DNA of 63,112 nt, counting the filler, from Chiloscyllium plagiosum (taxonomy: Eukaryota), in assembly GCF_004010195.1 (NCBI RefSeq). It is 4 parts of one record of this genome, joined end to end, with 100 filler letters (N's around TTAATTAATTAA, not from the genome) between each part and the next. Parts side by side here need not be neighbours in the genome. Positions count along the whole stretch, not along the records: positions 26,154 to 57,220 come from NC_057710.1; positions 57,321 to 63,112 come from NC_057710.1; 2 more parts are not named here. One strand, written 5' to 3'. The notes below the pieces were generated by a model. The model was not told the origin of the DNA and searched no databases. It saw nothing but the letters and a program-made list of their open reading frames with translations. A program made the translations under genes and the position numbers. How positions within the stretch are numbered: position 1 is the stretch's first letter; the number at the start of each line of letters is the position of its first letter. This document shows, piece after piece, positions 50,709-63,112 of this stretch.

Positions 50709-51935
50709 GTCATAGAGATGTACAGCATGGAAACAGACTCTTTGGTCCAACTTGTCCATCCTGACCAGATATCCCAACCCAATCTAGTCCTGCCTGCCAG
50801 CACCTGGCCCATATCCCTCCAAACCCTTCCCAATCATATACCCATCCAGATGCCTTTTAAATGTTATGATTGAACTAGCCTTCACCACTTCCTCTGACAG
50901 CTCATTCCATATACGTACCACCCTCTGCATGAAAAAGGTTGCCCCTTAGGTCTCTTTTATATCTTTTTCCCTCTCATCCTAAACCTAGGCCCTCTAGTTC
51001 TGGACTCCCCCACCTCCGGGAAAAGACTTTGTCTATTTATCCTATCCATGCCTCTCATGATTTTATAAACCTCTATAAGGTCACCCCTCAGCCTCCGACA
51101 CTCCAGGGAAAACAGCCCTAGCCTATTCAACCTCTCCCTGTAGCTCAAATCCTCCAAATGCAGCAACATCCTTGTAAATCTTTTCTGAACCCTTTCAAGT
51201 TTCACAACATCTTTCTGATAGGAAGGAGAATTGCACACAATATTCCAACGGTGGCATAACCAATGTCCTGTATAGCCGCAACATTACCTCTCAACTCCTG
51301 TACTCAATACCCAGAGCAATAAAGGAAAGCATACCAAATGCCTTCTTCACTATCCTATCTAGCTGTGACTCCACTTTCAAGGAGCTATGAACCTGCACTC
51401 CGAGGTCTCTTTGTTCAGCAATACTCCCTAGGACCTTACCATTAAGTGTATAAGCCCTGCTCAGATTTTCTTTCCCAAAAGGCAGCACATCACATTTATA
51501 TAAATTAAACTCCATCTGCCACTCCTCAGCCCATTGGCCCATCCAATCAAGATCCCATTGTAATCTGAGGTAACCTTCTTCGCTGTCCACTACACTTCTA
51601 ATTTTGGTATCGTTTGCAAACTTATACTTCTCGTGCTCACATCCAAGTCATTTATATAAATAATGAAAAATAGTGGACCCAGCACTGATCCTTGTGGCAC
51701 TCCACTGGTCACAGACCTCCAGTCTGAAAAACAACCCTCCACCACCACCCTCTGTCTTCTACCTTTGAGTCAGTTCTGTATCTAAATGGCTAGTTCTCCC
51801 TGTGATATCTAACCTTGCTAATTAGTCTCCCATGGGGAACCTTGTCGAATGCCTTACTGAAGTCCATTTAGATCACATCTACCGATCTGCCCTCATTAAT
51901 CCTCTTTGTTACTTCTTCAAAAAACTCAATCAACT
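50709..51935 (-). mobile_element. Young CR1 ORF2 3' part and 3' UTR
   Basis: ORFs 51291-51590 and 50957-51238 (WAEEWQMEFN.., LERVQKRFTRML). Confidence 0.92.
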
Positions 51936-53697
51936 TGATTATTGAAGGTTATGGAGTGAACTGGCAGGGAATAGAAGGTTCTGGGCAGCATATGAGGCAA
52001 AAGGTTTTTCATTTAGAAGGGCATCGTATGTTGGTGCAGTTTTAGTGGGCCGAAGGGGCTGCTCCTGTACAGTACAGTTCTTTGTTCTTCAGACAAAAAA
52101 GGGTCAAGGAAAGAGGGCAATATCAGGAAGTCATCTTTATGGGAATGGTGGAAACAGAATTATGAAGGGCTATACAATACATCCTTTCAGAAGAATCACT
52201 AGTCCTTTAACCTTCGTATGTTTTGAGCATTGTTTTCTTTTTGACACCCGATCAAGAGGTCTATTCAATTATTAGAGTCATTCAGCATGGAAACAGAGCC
52301 TTCAGTCCATGCTTACCAAGTTCCCCAAACTAAATTAGTCCAACTTGCCTGCATTTGGCCCAAATCCTTCTAAACCTATTCATGTACCTATCCAAGTTCT
52401 TTTAAATGTTATAACTATACCTGCATCTACCACTTTTTCTGGCAGTTCATTCTATGTATGAGCTGCCTTCTGTGTGAAAAGTTGCCCCTCAAGTCCCTTT
52501 TTAAATCTTCCTCTTCTCACCTTAAACCTATGCCCTCTTGTTTTGAACTCCCCCCACGCTTGGTGTGAAGAACTATCAGCCCTAAATGTGACTTTCGTCA
52601 ACTTGATGAAGTACACCTTTTTTTAATTTCATTTTCTGGTCTTCCATCTTTGCCACCCCCAGTCTTCCTTTCAAGATTTTGAAGCCTATTTCATTTTGTT
52701 CCAGAGTATGTTGTCTGATACAAGTATTCCATCTTGGTGTTGATGACATGTACAGGTTAATATTTCTACTGTTGCTTGGTTACGAGAATAACATGAATTC
52801 TGAATTATGGTTGTTACTATGATTTTGGACTATGTTTTAAGAAAAATGGTCAGAAGAGCTGGATGTGATGTTTTTGGGGGAATAAAAAGCATATTTTTAA
52901 GTACTTGGAGTGGTGCCAGAGCATTGGAGAATTGCAAAAATTTCTATGTTGAAGGGAAAAGTGGTAATCTGAGTAAATGTATACCACTGACTTAAATTCA
53001 GTTATGGGCAAATTATTGAAATAATTTTGAGGGACAATAAAACCGTAATTTAGGAAGGTATAGATTAATCAAGAAAACTCGGTGTGAATTTGTTCAAGGA
53101 CGGAATAATGTCTGAATAACATTTTTTTAAAAAAATGACTTGTATGGTTGATGAAGCTAGTGTGGTGGATGTGTTTTATGTAGATTTTAACAAAGGCTTT
53201 TCACAATGTCCTACACGGCAGGCAGGTCAAAACTAATGTGAGTTGGGATCGGACAGAGAATAACAAATTGGATATAAAAAAATAGCTGAATGACAAGAAG
53301 CAAAGGTAATCATCCATGGGTGTTTTATGAATAAAAAGCTGTTACCAGCTTGGTTCTGCAAGCATCAGTATATAGCCCTTTATCTTTTTCCGGTTTCTAT
53401 CAATGATTCAAATGTAAGTGGCAAGATAATGAAGGTTTTCTATGTGGTAGACAGTGTTAGATGGAAGGATGATATAGATAGTTTGTTCAGTTGACCAAAA
53501 ATGGTGAATATATAATCTTCAGAAGTGTGAAGTATTGTAATTTTGGAGGTGGAACAAAGCAAGGAAAAAGAGTAAATGAGAGTAAAGAGCAGCGTCGAGT
53601 GTATATTGGACCTTGGAGTGTATATCTGTAGATGAGTAAAGCTAGCAGAACGGGTTGACGAGCTTGCTCAGAAGGTATTTGGCATGTTTTTCCAATA

Positions 53698-53913
53698 CAG
53701 GTCGTTCTGCTATAACGTGCGTTTCGCTAATGTGAATTCACTATAATGAGATTGATGAATTAGGGACACTGTTTCTAAAGCGTGAATTGTTACAATGTGT
53801 GTTGGCTGTAATGTGATTACATCGCAACGCTTCAAGCATTGTTTTTAAAGTGCAATCTTTCTATAACACGGGTACATAAGAATGCAACCATCACGTTATA
53901 GAAGAACAACCTG
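53698..53913. mobile_element. Tc1/mariner-pogo (Tigger-like) MITE inside an old CR1
   Basis: 22-bp TIRs caggtcgttctgctataacgtg and cacgttatagaagaacaacctg (2 mismatches); TA on the left, TC on the right. Confidence 0.75.
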
Positions 53914-54904
53914 TCGTTAAGGCGTGGGATGCAAGAGTGGAGAGGTTTATGCTAGAACTGATTGGAATGGAGATGAGGAAGCACACTTTTCCCATTAAAA
54001 TGGGTGGTAGGGACCTGGAACACTTTGCTGTTTGGGCGAGAGAGGCAGAAGTGCTCAGTATGTTTAAATAAAACACTTGGATTGCTACTTAAAGACTTTT
54101 GATGTGCAGGACTGCAGACCCAGTGCAAGCAGGTGTTTTTAGGCTGGACAGCTCTTTGTCAGTTGGCACAAGCATGATAGACCAAATGGCCTCCTATGTT
54201 GTAAAGTTTCTGTGATTCTGTGAAGAAGTTAGTCAGGGTACTGGACTGGCTATTTGGTTGAAGAATTGAGATGTTTTCTTCCCCCATCCCCCACCACATT
54301 TCCTAGAATATAAAGTACATGTTTCTGATCTTTTCTCAGAATGAGTATGTTGCATTGGGACTTCTCTTGCTTTGATTTTTGTATTTTTTCCGTTCAAATA
54401 TATTTCTTTTGGACTAATATGAACACCATTCCTGATTTTGTTTAGAACTGTCAAACTTTCTGAATGTCTAGTCAATGACCAATCTCAGGAGCTTTACATT
54501 GATTTTCTCTGTTGTGTCTTCAGAGGTTAAGATTCATCTGGAATGATCTGCACTTCACTCAGCCCATCCTGTTGTTTCTATCTTGAGTTATTGATGCATG
54601 AATGCGCCTTTGGTCTGCTTTCCTTTAGATTCTATTATTCTAATTTATCAATATTAACTTAATGTCTGTATAATTACCTTGATCAGTTTGTAGCCATTGC
54701 AGTAGCTCTTAGGAATTTATTTTTCTGGTATTCCAAGAAAACCACCTATAGCTTGTGTAGATAGGAGCCTAAAATTTGTTGGGTTAGTTGAAATTAGAAG
54801 AAAAAAACATGGTTTGCCTTATTGATAAAGTCAATAAACCCTGGTGATGACCTAATGATTATTTAATGTGTTTCTGTGTTTTGTTGAAGGAATATTGTAT
54901 GTCT

Positions 54905-56975
54905 ATGTTAGAACATAGAACATTACAGCGCAGTACAGGCCCTTCTGCCCTCGATGTTGCACCGACCTGTCATACCAATCTGAAGCCCATCTAACTTACA
55001 CTATTCCATGTACGTCCATATGCTTGTCCAATCACTACTTAAATGTACATAAAGTTGGCGAATCTACTACCGTTGCAGGCAAAGCATTCCATACCCTTTC
55101 TACTCTCTGAGTAAAGAAACTACCTCTGACATCTGCCCTATATCTATCACCTGTCAATATAAAGCCACGCCCCTCGTGCACACCATCACCATTCTTGGAA
55201 AAACCCTCTGATTATCTTATATGTCTCTATTAAGTCACCTCTCAACCTTCTTCTCTCCAACGAAAACAGCCTCAAGTCCCTCAGCCTTTCCTCGTAAGAC
55301 CTTCCCTCCATACCAGGCAACACCCTAGTAAATCACCTCTGCACCCTTTCCAAAGCTTCCATATCCTTCTTATAACGTGGTGACTAGAACTGTACACAAG
55401 TGCGGCCGCACCAGAGTTTTGTACAGCTGTAGCATAACCTCTTCGTCACTATCCACAACTCCACCGACCTTAGTGTCATCTGCAAATTTACTAACCCACC
55501 CTTCTACACCCTCATGCAGGTTGTTTATAAAATGACAAACAGCAGTGGACCCAACACTGACCCTTGCGGTACACTACTGGTAACTGGACTTCAGGATGAG
55601 CATTTCCCATCAACCACCACCCTCTGTCTTCTTTCAGCAAGCCAATTACTGATCCAAACTGCTATATCTCCCACAATCCCATTCCTCCGCATTTTGTACA
55701 ATAGCCTACTAGGGGAACCTTATCGAACACCTTGCTGAAATCCATATACACCACATAAACTGGCTTACTCTCCTCTACCTGTTTGGTCACCTTCTCAAAG
55801 AACTCAATAAGGTTTGTGAGGCACGACCTACCCTTCACAAAACAGTGCTGACTATCCCTAATCAAATTATTATTTTCTAGATGATTATAAATCCTATCTC
55901 TTATAACCTTTTCCAACACTTTACCAACAACTGAAGTGAGGCTCACTGTTCTATAATTACCAGGGTTGGCTCTACTCCCCTTCTTAAACTGGGGGACCAC
56001 ATTTGCTATCCTCCGGTCTTCTGGCACTATTCCTGTAGACAATGACAATTTAAAGATCAATGCCAAAGGCTCGGCAATCTCCTCCCTGGCTTCCCAGAGG
56101 ATCCTAGGATAAATCCCATCCAGCCCAGGGGACTTGTCTATTTTCACACTCTTCAGGATTTCTAATACCTCTTCCTCATGAACCTCAATCACACCTAGTC
56201 TAGTAACCTGTATCTCAGTATTCTGCTCGACAACAGTGTTGTTTTCTGGAGTGAATATTGTCGAAAAATATTCATTTAGTGCTTCCCCTATCTCCTCTGA
56301 CTCCACACATAACTTCCCACTACTATCCTTGATTGGCCCTAATCTTACTGTTGTCATTCTTTTATTCCTTAAATACCTATAGAAAGCCTTAGGGTTTACC
56401 CTGATCCTATCCGCTAACAACTTCTCATGTCTCCTTCTGGCTCTTCTGAGCTCTCTCTTTAGGTCTTTCCTGGCTACCTTGTAACCGTCAAGTGCCCTAA
56501 CTGAGCCTTCACATCTCATCCTAACATAAGCCGCCTTCTTCCTCTTGACCAGAGATTCCACTTCCTTCGTAAGCCACGGCTCCCGCACTCTACAGTTTCC
56601 TCCCTGCCTGACAGGTGCATACTTATCTAGGACGCACAGGAGCTTTTCCTTGAATAAGCTCCACATTTCTAATGTGCCGATCCTCTGCAGTTTCCTTCCC
56701 CATCCTATGCTTCCTAAATCTTGCCTAATCGTATCGTAATTGCCTTTCCCCCAGCTGTAACTTTGCCCAGTAGTATACTCCTATCCCTTTCTATCACTAA
56801 AGTAAACATAACAGAATTGTGATCGCTATCACCAAAGTGCTCACCTACTTCCAAGTCTAAGACCTACCCGGGCTCATTACCCAGTACCAGATCTAATGTG
56901 GCTTCGCCCCTTGTTGGCCTGTCTACATACTGTGTCAGGAAGCCCTCCTGCGCACACTGGACAAAAACTGACCCA
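54905..56975 (-). mobile_element. CR1 ORF2 (334-aa open stretch) and 3' UTR, with an apparent internal deletion near 55440
   Basis: ORF 55662-56666: NPKAFYRY..KSPGLDGIYPRIL..GNYRTVSLTSVVGK..GRSCLTNLIEFFE..YMDFSK. Confidence 0.93.
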
Positions 56976-57220
56976 TGCTGAAAATGTGTTGCTGGAAAAG
57001 CGCAGCAGGTCAGGCAGCATCCAAGGAGCAGGAGAATCGACGTTTCGGGCATGAGCCCTTCAGGAATGAGGAAAGTGTGTCCAGCAGTCTAAGATAGAAG
57101 GTAGGGAGGAGGGACTTGGGGGAGGGGTAGTTGGAAATGTGATAGGTGGAAGGAGGTCAAGGTGAGAGTGATAGGCCGGAGTGGGGGTGGGGGCGGAGAG
57201 GTCAGGAAGAAGATTGCAAG
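56976..57220 (-). mobile_element. PLE terminal repeat (same family as 5955 and 27150), cut by gap
   Basis: Minus strand cattcctgaagggctcatgcccgaaacgtcg; the hammerhead core has a 3-nt deletion. Confidence 0.85.
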
Positions 57221-57320
57221 NNNNNNNNNNNNNNNNNNNNNNNNNNNNNNNNNNNNNNNNNNNNTTAATTAATTAANNNNNNNNNNNNNNNNNNNNNNNN
57301 NNNNNNNNNNNNNNNNNNNN
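57221..57320. other. Assembly gap/artificial spacer
   Basis: N-run with a central TTAATTAATTAA. Confidence 0.97.
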
Positions 57321-58512
57321 TACATGGACTTCAGTAAGGCATTCGACAAGGTTCCCCATGGGAGACTGATTCGCAAGGTTAGATCTCATGGAATACAGGG
57401 AGAACTAGCCATTTGGATACAGAACTGGCTCAAAGGTAGAAGACAGAGGGTGGTGGTGGAGGGTTGTTTTTCAGACTGGAGGCCTGTGACCAGTGGAGTG
57501 CCACAAGGATCGGTGCTGGGCCCTCTACCTTTTGTCATTTATATCAATGATTTGGATGCGAGCATAAGATTTACAGTTAGTACGTTTGCAGATGACACCA
57601 AAATTGGAGGTGTAGTGGACAGCGAAGAGGGTTACCTCGGATTACAACAGGATCTTGACCAGATGGGCAAATGGGCTGAGAAGTGGCAGATAGAGTTTAA
57701 TTCAGATAACTGTGAGGTGCTGCATTTTGGGAAAGCAAATCTTAGCAGGACTTATACACTTAATGGTAAGGTCCTCGGGAGTGTTGCTGAACAAAGAGAC
57801 CTTGGATTGCAGGTTCATAGTTCCTTGAAAATGGAGTCGCAGGTAGATAGGACAGTGAAGGCTGCGTTTGGTATGCTTTCATTTATCGGTCAGAGTATTG
57901 AGTACAGGAGTTGGGACATCATGTTGTGGTTTGTGCAGGACATTGGTTAGGCGACTTTTGGAATATTGCGTGAAATTCTGGTCTCCTTCCTATCGGAAAG
58001 ATGTTGTGAAACTTGAAAGGATTCAGAAAAGATTTACAAGGATGTTGCCAGGGTTGGAGGATCTGAGCTACAGGGAGAGGCTAAACAGGCTGGGGCTGTT
58101 TTCCTGGAGCGTCAGAGGCTGAGAGGTGACCTTATAGAGGTTTCCAAAATTACGAGTGGCACGGATAGGATAAATAGGCAAAGTCCTTTCCCTGGGGTCG
58201 GCGAGTCCAGAACTAGAGGGCATAGGTTTTGAGTGAGAGGGTAAAGATATAAAAGAGACCTAAGGGGCAATTTTTTCATGCAGAGGGTGGTATGTGTCTG
58301 GAATGAGCTGCCAGAGGATGTGGTGGAGGCTGGTACAATTGCAACATTTAAGAGGCATTTGGATGGGTATATGAATAGGAAGGGTTTGGAGGGATATGGG
58401 CCAAGTATTGACAGGTGAGACTAGATTGGGTTGGGATATCTGTTCGGCATGATCGGGTTGGACCGAATGGTCTGTTTCCATGCTGTACATCTCTATTACT
58501 CTATGACTCTAA
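57321..58512 (+). mobile_element. Young CR1 RT domain and 3' UTR
   Basis: [35 protein letters not shown] (ORF 57324-57950). Confidence 0.95.
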
Positions 58513-58519
58513 GTAGACA

Positions 58520-59165
58520 CACTTCAAACCAACCTGTTGCTTGCCGGTGCCATCTTGTGTCCCTGAAACTTGATTTCAGACCTCCCTACTCTCAACCTTT
58601 TCTATACTCGAACTACAATTTTCTTTCCCATCCCCCTGCTGGATTAGTTTAAACCCACTCCAATAGGCTTAGTGAATTTTCCCCCCAGGATATTGGTACC
58701 CCTCTGGTTCAGATGAAGACCAACCTGCTTGTAGAGGTCCCACCTACCCCAGAAAGAGCCCCAATTATCCAAAAATCCAAAACCCTCCCTACTGCACCAT
58801 CCCTGTAGCCACGTGTTCATCTCCTCTTTCTCCCTATTCTTTGGCTCACTAGCACGTGTCATGGGCAACAAACCAGAGACAACAACTCTGTTCATCCTAG
58901 CTCTAAGCTTCCATCCTAGCTTCCTGAATTTCTGCCTTAAGTCCCCATTTCTCTTCCTACCTATGTCATTGGTGCCTATGTGGACAACAACTTGGGGCTG
59001 CTCCCCCTCCCCCTTAAGGATCCCAAAAACACAATCAGAAGCATCACGAACCCTGGCACCAGGGAGGCAACACACCATCCGTGAGTCTCTCTCATCTCCA
59101 CAGAACCTCCTATCTGTCCCCCTAACTATGGAGTCCCCAATGACTACCGCTGTGCTCCTCTTCCC
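58520..59165 (-). mobile_element. CR1 ORF1 SGNH-esterase domain
   Basis: VVIGDSIVRGTDRRFCG..VVVHIGTNDIG..GLHLNQRGT. Confidence 0.9.
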
Positions 59166-59252
59166 ATGTGAAAATTCCACACGGACAGTCACCTGAGGTT
59201 GGAATCAAATCCGAGTCCATGGTGCTGTGAGGCAGCTGTGCTAACCACGGGT
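59165..59252 (-). mobile_element. V-SINE 5' (tRNA-like) fragment
   Basis: Reverse complement gtggttagcacagctgcctcacagcacc..tcggatttgattcc. Confidence 0.7.
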
Positions 59253-59259
59253 GACTGTA

Positions 59260-59945
59260 TTGTAATGTGTTATGTGACCTGGATGTCCTTGTACAACAGT
59301 CACTGAAGGTAAGTGTGCAGGAGCAGAAGGTGGTAAAAGAGGCAAATGATATGTTGGACTTCATAGTGAGAGGATTTGAGTGCAGGAGCAGGAATGTCTT
59401 GCTGCAACTATACAGGGTCTTAGTAAGACCATGCTTGAAATATTGTGCGCTGTTTTGTTCTCCTTATCTGAGGAAGGATGTCCTGGCTACTAAGGGTGTG
59501 CAGCAAAGGTTTACCAGACTGATCCCTGTTATAGCAGGACTGTCGGATGATGAGCAATTGAATCAGTTTAAGATTATATTCACTGGGCTTTAGAAGAATG
59601 AGGAGAGATCTCATAGAAATCTCTAAAGTTCTAACTGTGCTGGACAGGGTAGATGCAAGAAGGATGCTCCTGATGATGGGGGAACACAGAACCAGGGATC
59701 ACAGTCTCAGGGTACACAGTAAATCATTTAAAACTAAGGTGAGGAGAATTTTGTTTCATCCAGAGAGTAGTGAACTTTTGGAATTGGCTACCACAGAGAG
59801 CAAGTGAGGCAGGAGTTGGACATTGCACTTGGAGCTAAAGGTATGGGGGAGAAACAATAATACGCTATTGAGTTGAATGATCAGCTATGATCATAATGAA
59901 TCAAAGGGCTAAATGGCCTAAACCTGCTTCTATGTTTCTATGTAA
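59260..59945 (+). mobile_element. CR1 3' part, degenerate
   Basis: QLYRVLVRPCLKYC..SPYLRKDV..VQQRFTRLIP. Confidence 0.85.
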
Positions 59946-61369
59946 CAGAGTTGACGAAAGGTTTTTGTCAGAGGGGGGTTGTGGTGTTGGGTCTTGGGAG
60001 GAGAGAGAAGGGTCAGGTTCTGGGGGTTAGATGGGGTTATGTCTGGGCTCAGGCAGTGTCAGGAAGTAGTAGTTTCCTAAGTGGAGAGGGGGAAGGAGGT
60101 GCATTAATGGATCTTGTGCAGACTAAAAAAAGGGGGTTGCTTGGTCTGGGGCAGGAGGGTTTAAGGGCGAGGGAGGGTGTGTGTTTGTTGGCTATTTAAG
60201 GGCGGGGATTTTTTATCCTTCCCAGGGGGGATTGTTAGGTTCCTAGGTGTCAGATCAGCACCAGGGGCTGTAAGGGGTTTGGGGAAACTGTATTAATTTG
60301 AGGGGTTCAGTTCAATAGGTCCCAGGACCTAAACTAGGTACTTAAAACTTCACCTTTCCTGACTGCTTATTTACCTTACTGCAACATAACACTCTAGATC
60401 CTCTGACAGATCTCACCCACTTAAAACCTTCCTAGAAGTCCTTAGCTCATCCCTCACACCTCTCGGCAAATGGAGGCCCCGACGCCTGAAGTAAGTGTTT
60501 TAAATGGTTAGACTCACCTTCCAGAAGTCCTTTGCTCCTCCCTCGCACCTCATCTATTGTTTATTCCTCGCCCCCTCCCCACGCACATATAAACCTTTTC
60601 CCAGCTACCATCAGTCCTGAGAAAGGATCAATCAACCCGAAATGTAAACTCTGATTTTTTTTCCACAGAGGCTGCCAGACCTGTTGAGATTTTTCAGCAA
60701 TTTCTGTTTTTGTTTCCAATAGCTTTCGAGATTCCGAGTAATTGATTTGGAGTTCAACAAATCAAACACAAACATAAACAGGCCATTTCTTGTAATCGGA
60801 AACTTTGCAACATTTAACTTTGCATTAGGTGTTAAGCTAAAGTGAACAAAAAATAAAAATTCCAGTGTTATGTGCACTGCAGCAGGATTGAAGTTCACCA
60901 CCTAACTGACTGGCAATGACTTACAAACCCTGGAAAAAGTTGACATAAACACTTGCTGTGAGTATAGAGGCTGTGGTGATATCACCCCTCTCCAATCAGT
61001 CGAACCACTGCAATCACAGTTTGTTTGTCATTGACTATAGCATCTGAGTGGCAGCTGTAGTTCAAAATGGAACTTATATGTGATGTAAACAGACATATAT
61101 TTCACTGGGCTACAATACATGATCATTAGAAGTGTATTTGCTGAGACTCCCAGGGAAGAAAATGAATAATTACAGCAGATTGCTGCTGTGATACAGATGG
61201 AATCAGCAGGAGAAGCATTAATTCTCCTCACTTTGAAATTTCATACATGTTTGTGAATTGGGAGAGAAACCAGTTACTTCAGCCTTTTTTCCAGCATTTG
61301 CAGCTACCAAGCCGACACTATCATTTCACTAAAGGATAGTGTGAAATTTCTGCCTTCAGATATTACATG

Positions 61370-63112
61370 TGGGGACACCACCCACTTTGTATGCAGCAGG
61401 TGCTTATGTGACTTGGCCAACATTGTGTATCTTATACACTGCAGGCAAAGGTGCCCAGAGGCATGGTGCATTTGAGGAGACCAAGTAGACACTACGACAA
61501 CAGATGAATGGACACCATGCAACAATCACCAGACAGGAGTGTTCCCTCCCAGTCGGGGAGCACTTCAGTGCTCGGGGACAGTTGGCCTCAGATCTTCGGG
61601 TGACCATCCTCCAAGGTGGACTTCTGGATAAGCAACAATGCAGAGTTGCCGAGCAGAGGCTGACAGCCAAGTTTGAGACCCATGGGGATGGCCTCACCGG
61701 GACCTTGGATTCATGTCACACTACAGGTGACCCCAAAACACCCCCCCCCCCCCCACACACACACACACACACACACATAGTCTCTCTCCCTCACATTCGT
61801 GCACACACATACTGTCTCTCTCCCTCACATGCATGCACATATGCATATAAGTCTATTGGGTGAATTTCCATTTGCAGAATTGTAATTTCAGATACATTCT
61901 ATTTAGTTCGAAAAGCACACAATCCATGTAATATTTTATAAATTCTTACTTTGGAAATAGAACCAGTCTGACCCAAGATTGGGATACAGACAGACTTTAA
62001 CCTCACACCTTTAATGCAATGTCTGAGCTGAGCTGTAATCTTTTTATATAAGACCTTAAGTTATCTCAAAAATGTGACTTGAAAGAAGTTCTGGGATTTA
62101 CATATCAATGAAGCAAAACTTGCAACCCATTCTAAGAAATGAAAGACTTAACTGCAATCTGGCTTTGTTCAATATATCACTTCAGTTGCATGACAATGTG
62201 GACTTTTGCTATAAATTCTGTGTTTTACAATCCTGCTTCATAGGAACAGCGCTCCAAAAGCTAGTGCTTCCAAATAAACCTGTTGGACTATAACCTGGTG
62301 TTGTGTGATTTTTAATTTTGTCCACCCCAGTCTAACACCGGCACTTTCACATCATGGACTGAGTAGGCAGAGCAGTGACCTCTCTGCCTGTAGCATTAAT
62401 TCCTGCACTGTATCTGTTTCCTCACTGTCAAGGTGTGCTGACAAGTCTCATATCCAGGACTACCAGTACCTGCAACAAATCCGCCCAGGACTAGGACTAC
62501 CAGTACCTGCAACAAATCCGCAGCCTCCAGCAACGGACCTCCCTCCGGATCCTCCACTCCACGCTTGCAGCCATGCGCCGGTACCTACATTCCCTGCAAC
62601 TTGACCTACCCCAGCTCAGGACAACTCTCTCACAGACCTGTAAAGGACCTCTACTGTTCTTCATTCACAGAAGAATCCATAGACTGAACAAACAGTTCTT
62701 TCTAGCCATATCGGAAATTAAAGGCAGTAAGTACCAAAAACTTTCATGCACTTACCCCCAAACTCCGGATACCTCAACCGTTCCAGAAACTTCCATCGGC
62801 CTCCGAAACCAGTCCGGCGCCATTACACACGCGGCCGCTACAGCGCCCGCGGCAATAGCCGCAGACGCCGCCGACGATGACGTCACTTCCGCCCCCACCG
62901 ACCTCGCAACCTTCATGATCGCGGCCCAAACAACCGCCTCCGGAATCGCCGCACAGACAACCTGCTCTGCGATCGTCATGAAGACAATCACCAACAGATT
63001 GGCGACCTCCGCGGCTACGGGGAAGAACTCTGTCTCCGTGGTCGCCGCAGCTACTTCCGCCCCCAGTGACGTCAGCAACCTACATTTGGACCACATCGCC
63101 GCATGTGTCTCC
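61370..63112 (+). mobile_element. PLE in partial-tandem form: GIY-YIG 3' end, terminal repeat, then the CpG-rich 5' ORF start of a probable second unit
   Basis: CDLANIVYLIHC..RQQMNGHH..LPVGEHFS..AEQRL.AKF.TH.DGL; terminal repeat ends about 62360; then DYQYLQQI..ILHSTLAAMRRYL..KYQKL and Ala/Thr-rich gtcacttccgcc repeats. A 29-bp duplication lies at 62456 and 62493. Confidence 0.75.

Noticed and set aside
61135..61170. Peptide VFAETPREENE resembling CWC27 AIAETPEND
   Set aside because: An in-frame stop follows immediately, and there is no matching upstream residues or splice sites.
62752..63096. Ala/Val-rich 114-aa minus-strand ORF
   Set aside because: Antisense shadow of the GC-rich low-complexity PLE region.

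Overview
Vertebrate genomic DNA, almost certainly from a shark or other cartilaginous fish, inferred from HE1/V-SINE, DeuSINE, CR1 LINE and Penelope-like repeats. The window is four contigs joined by artificial 100-nt N spacers containing TTAATTAATTAA. Host genes are all on the + strand: one internal CWC27 exon (17887-17996); the CpG-rich promoter and coding exons 1-3 of TRAPPC13 (31053-31098, 46308-46376, 48328-48427); and an intact single-exon SHLD3 (shieldin subunit 3) ORF nested in TRAPPC13 intron 1 (35611-36360). Most of the rest is nested mobile DNA: CR1 LINEs of many ages, an L2/Crack-like LINE, Penelope-like elements (PLEs), a decayed Harbinger transposon, a TA-targeting MITE and a Gypsy remnant. 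The most notable observations are (1) minimal hammerhead-ribozyme motifs in at least three PLE families, including two short TSD-flanked fold-back insertions that both turn around at the ribozyme core; (2) a probable uORF-controlled SHLD3 transcript using the TRAPPC13 first exon; (3) a 69-bp templated inverted duplication in TRAPPC13 intron 2; and (4) an unexplained CWC27/TRAPPC13 juxtaposition. All family and gene assignments come from recalled motifs, not database searches, and repeat boundaries are approximate.
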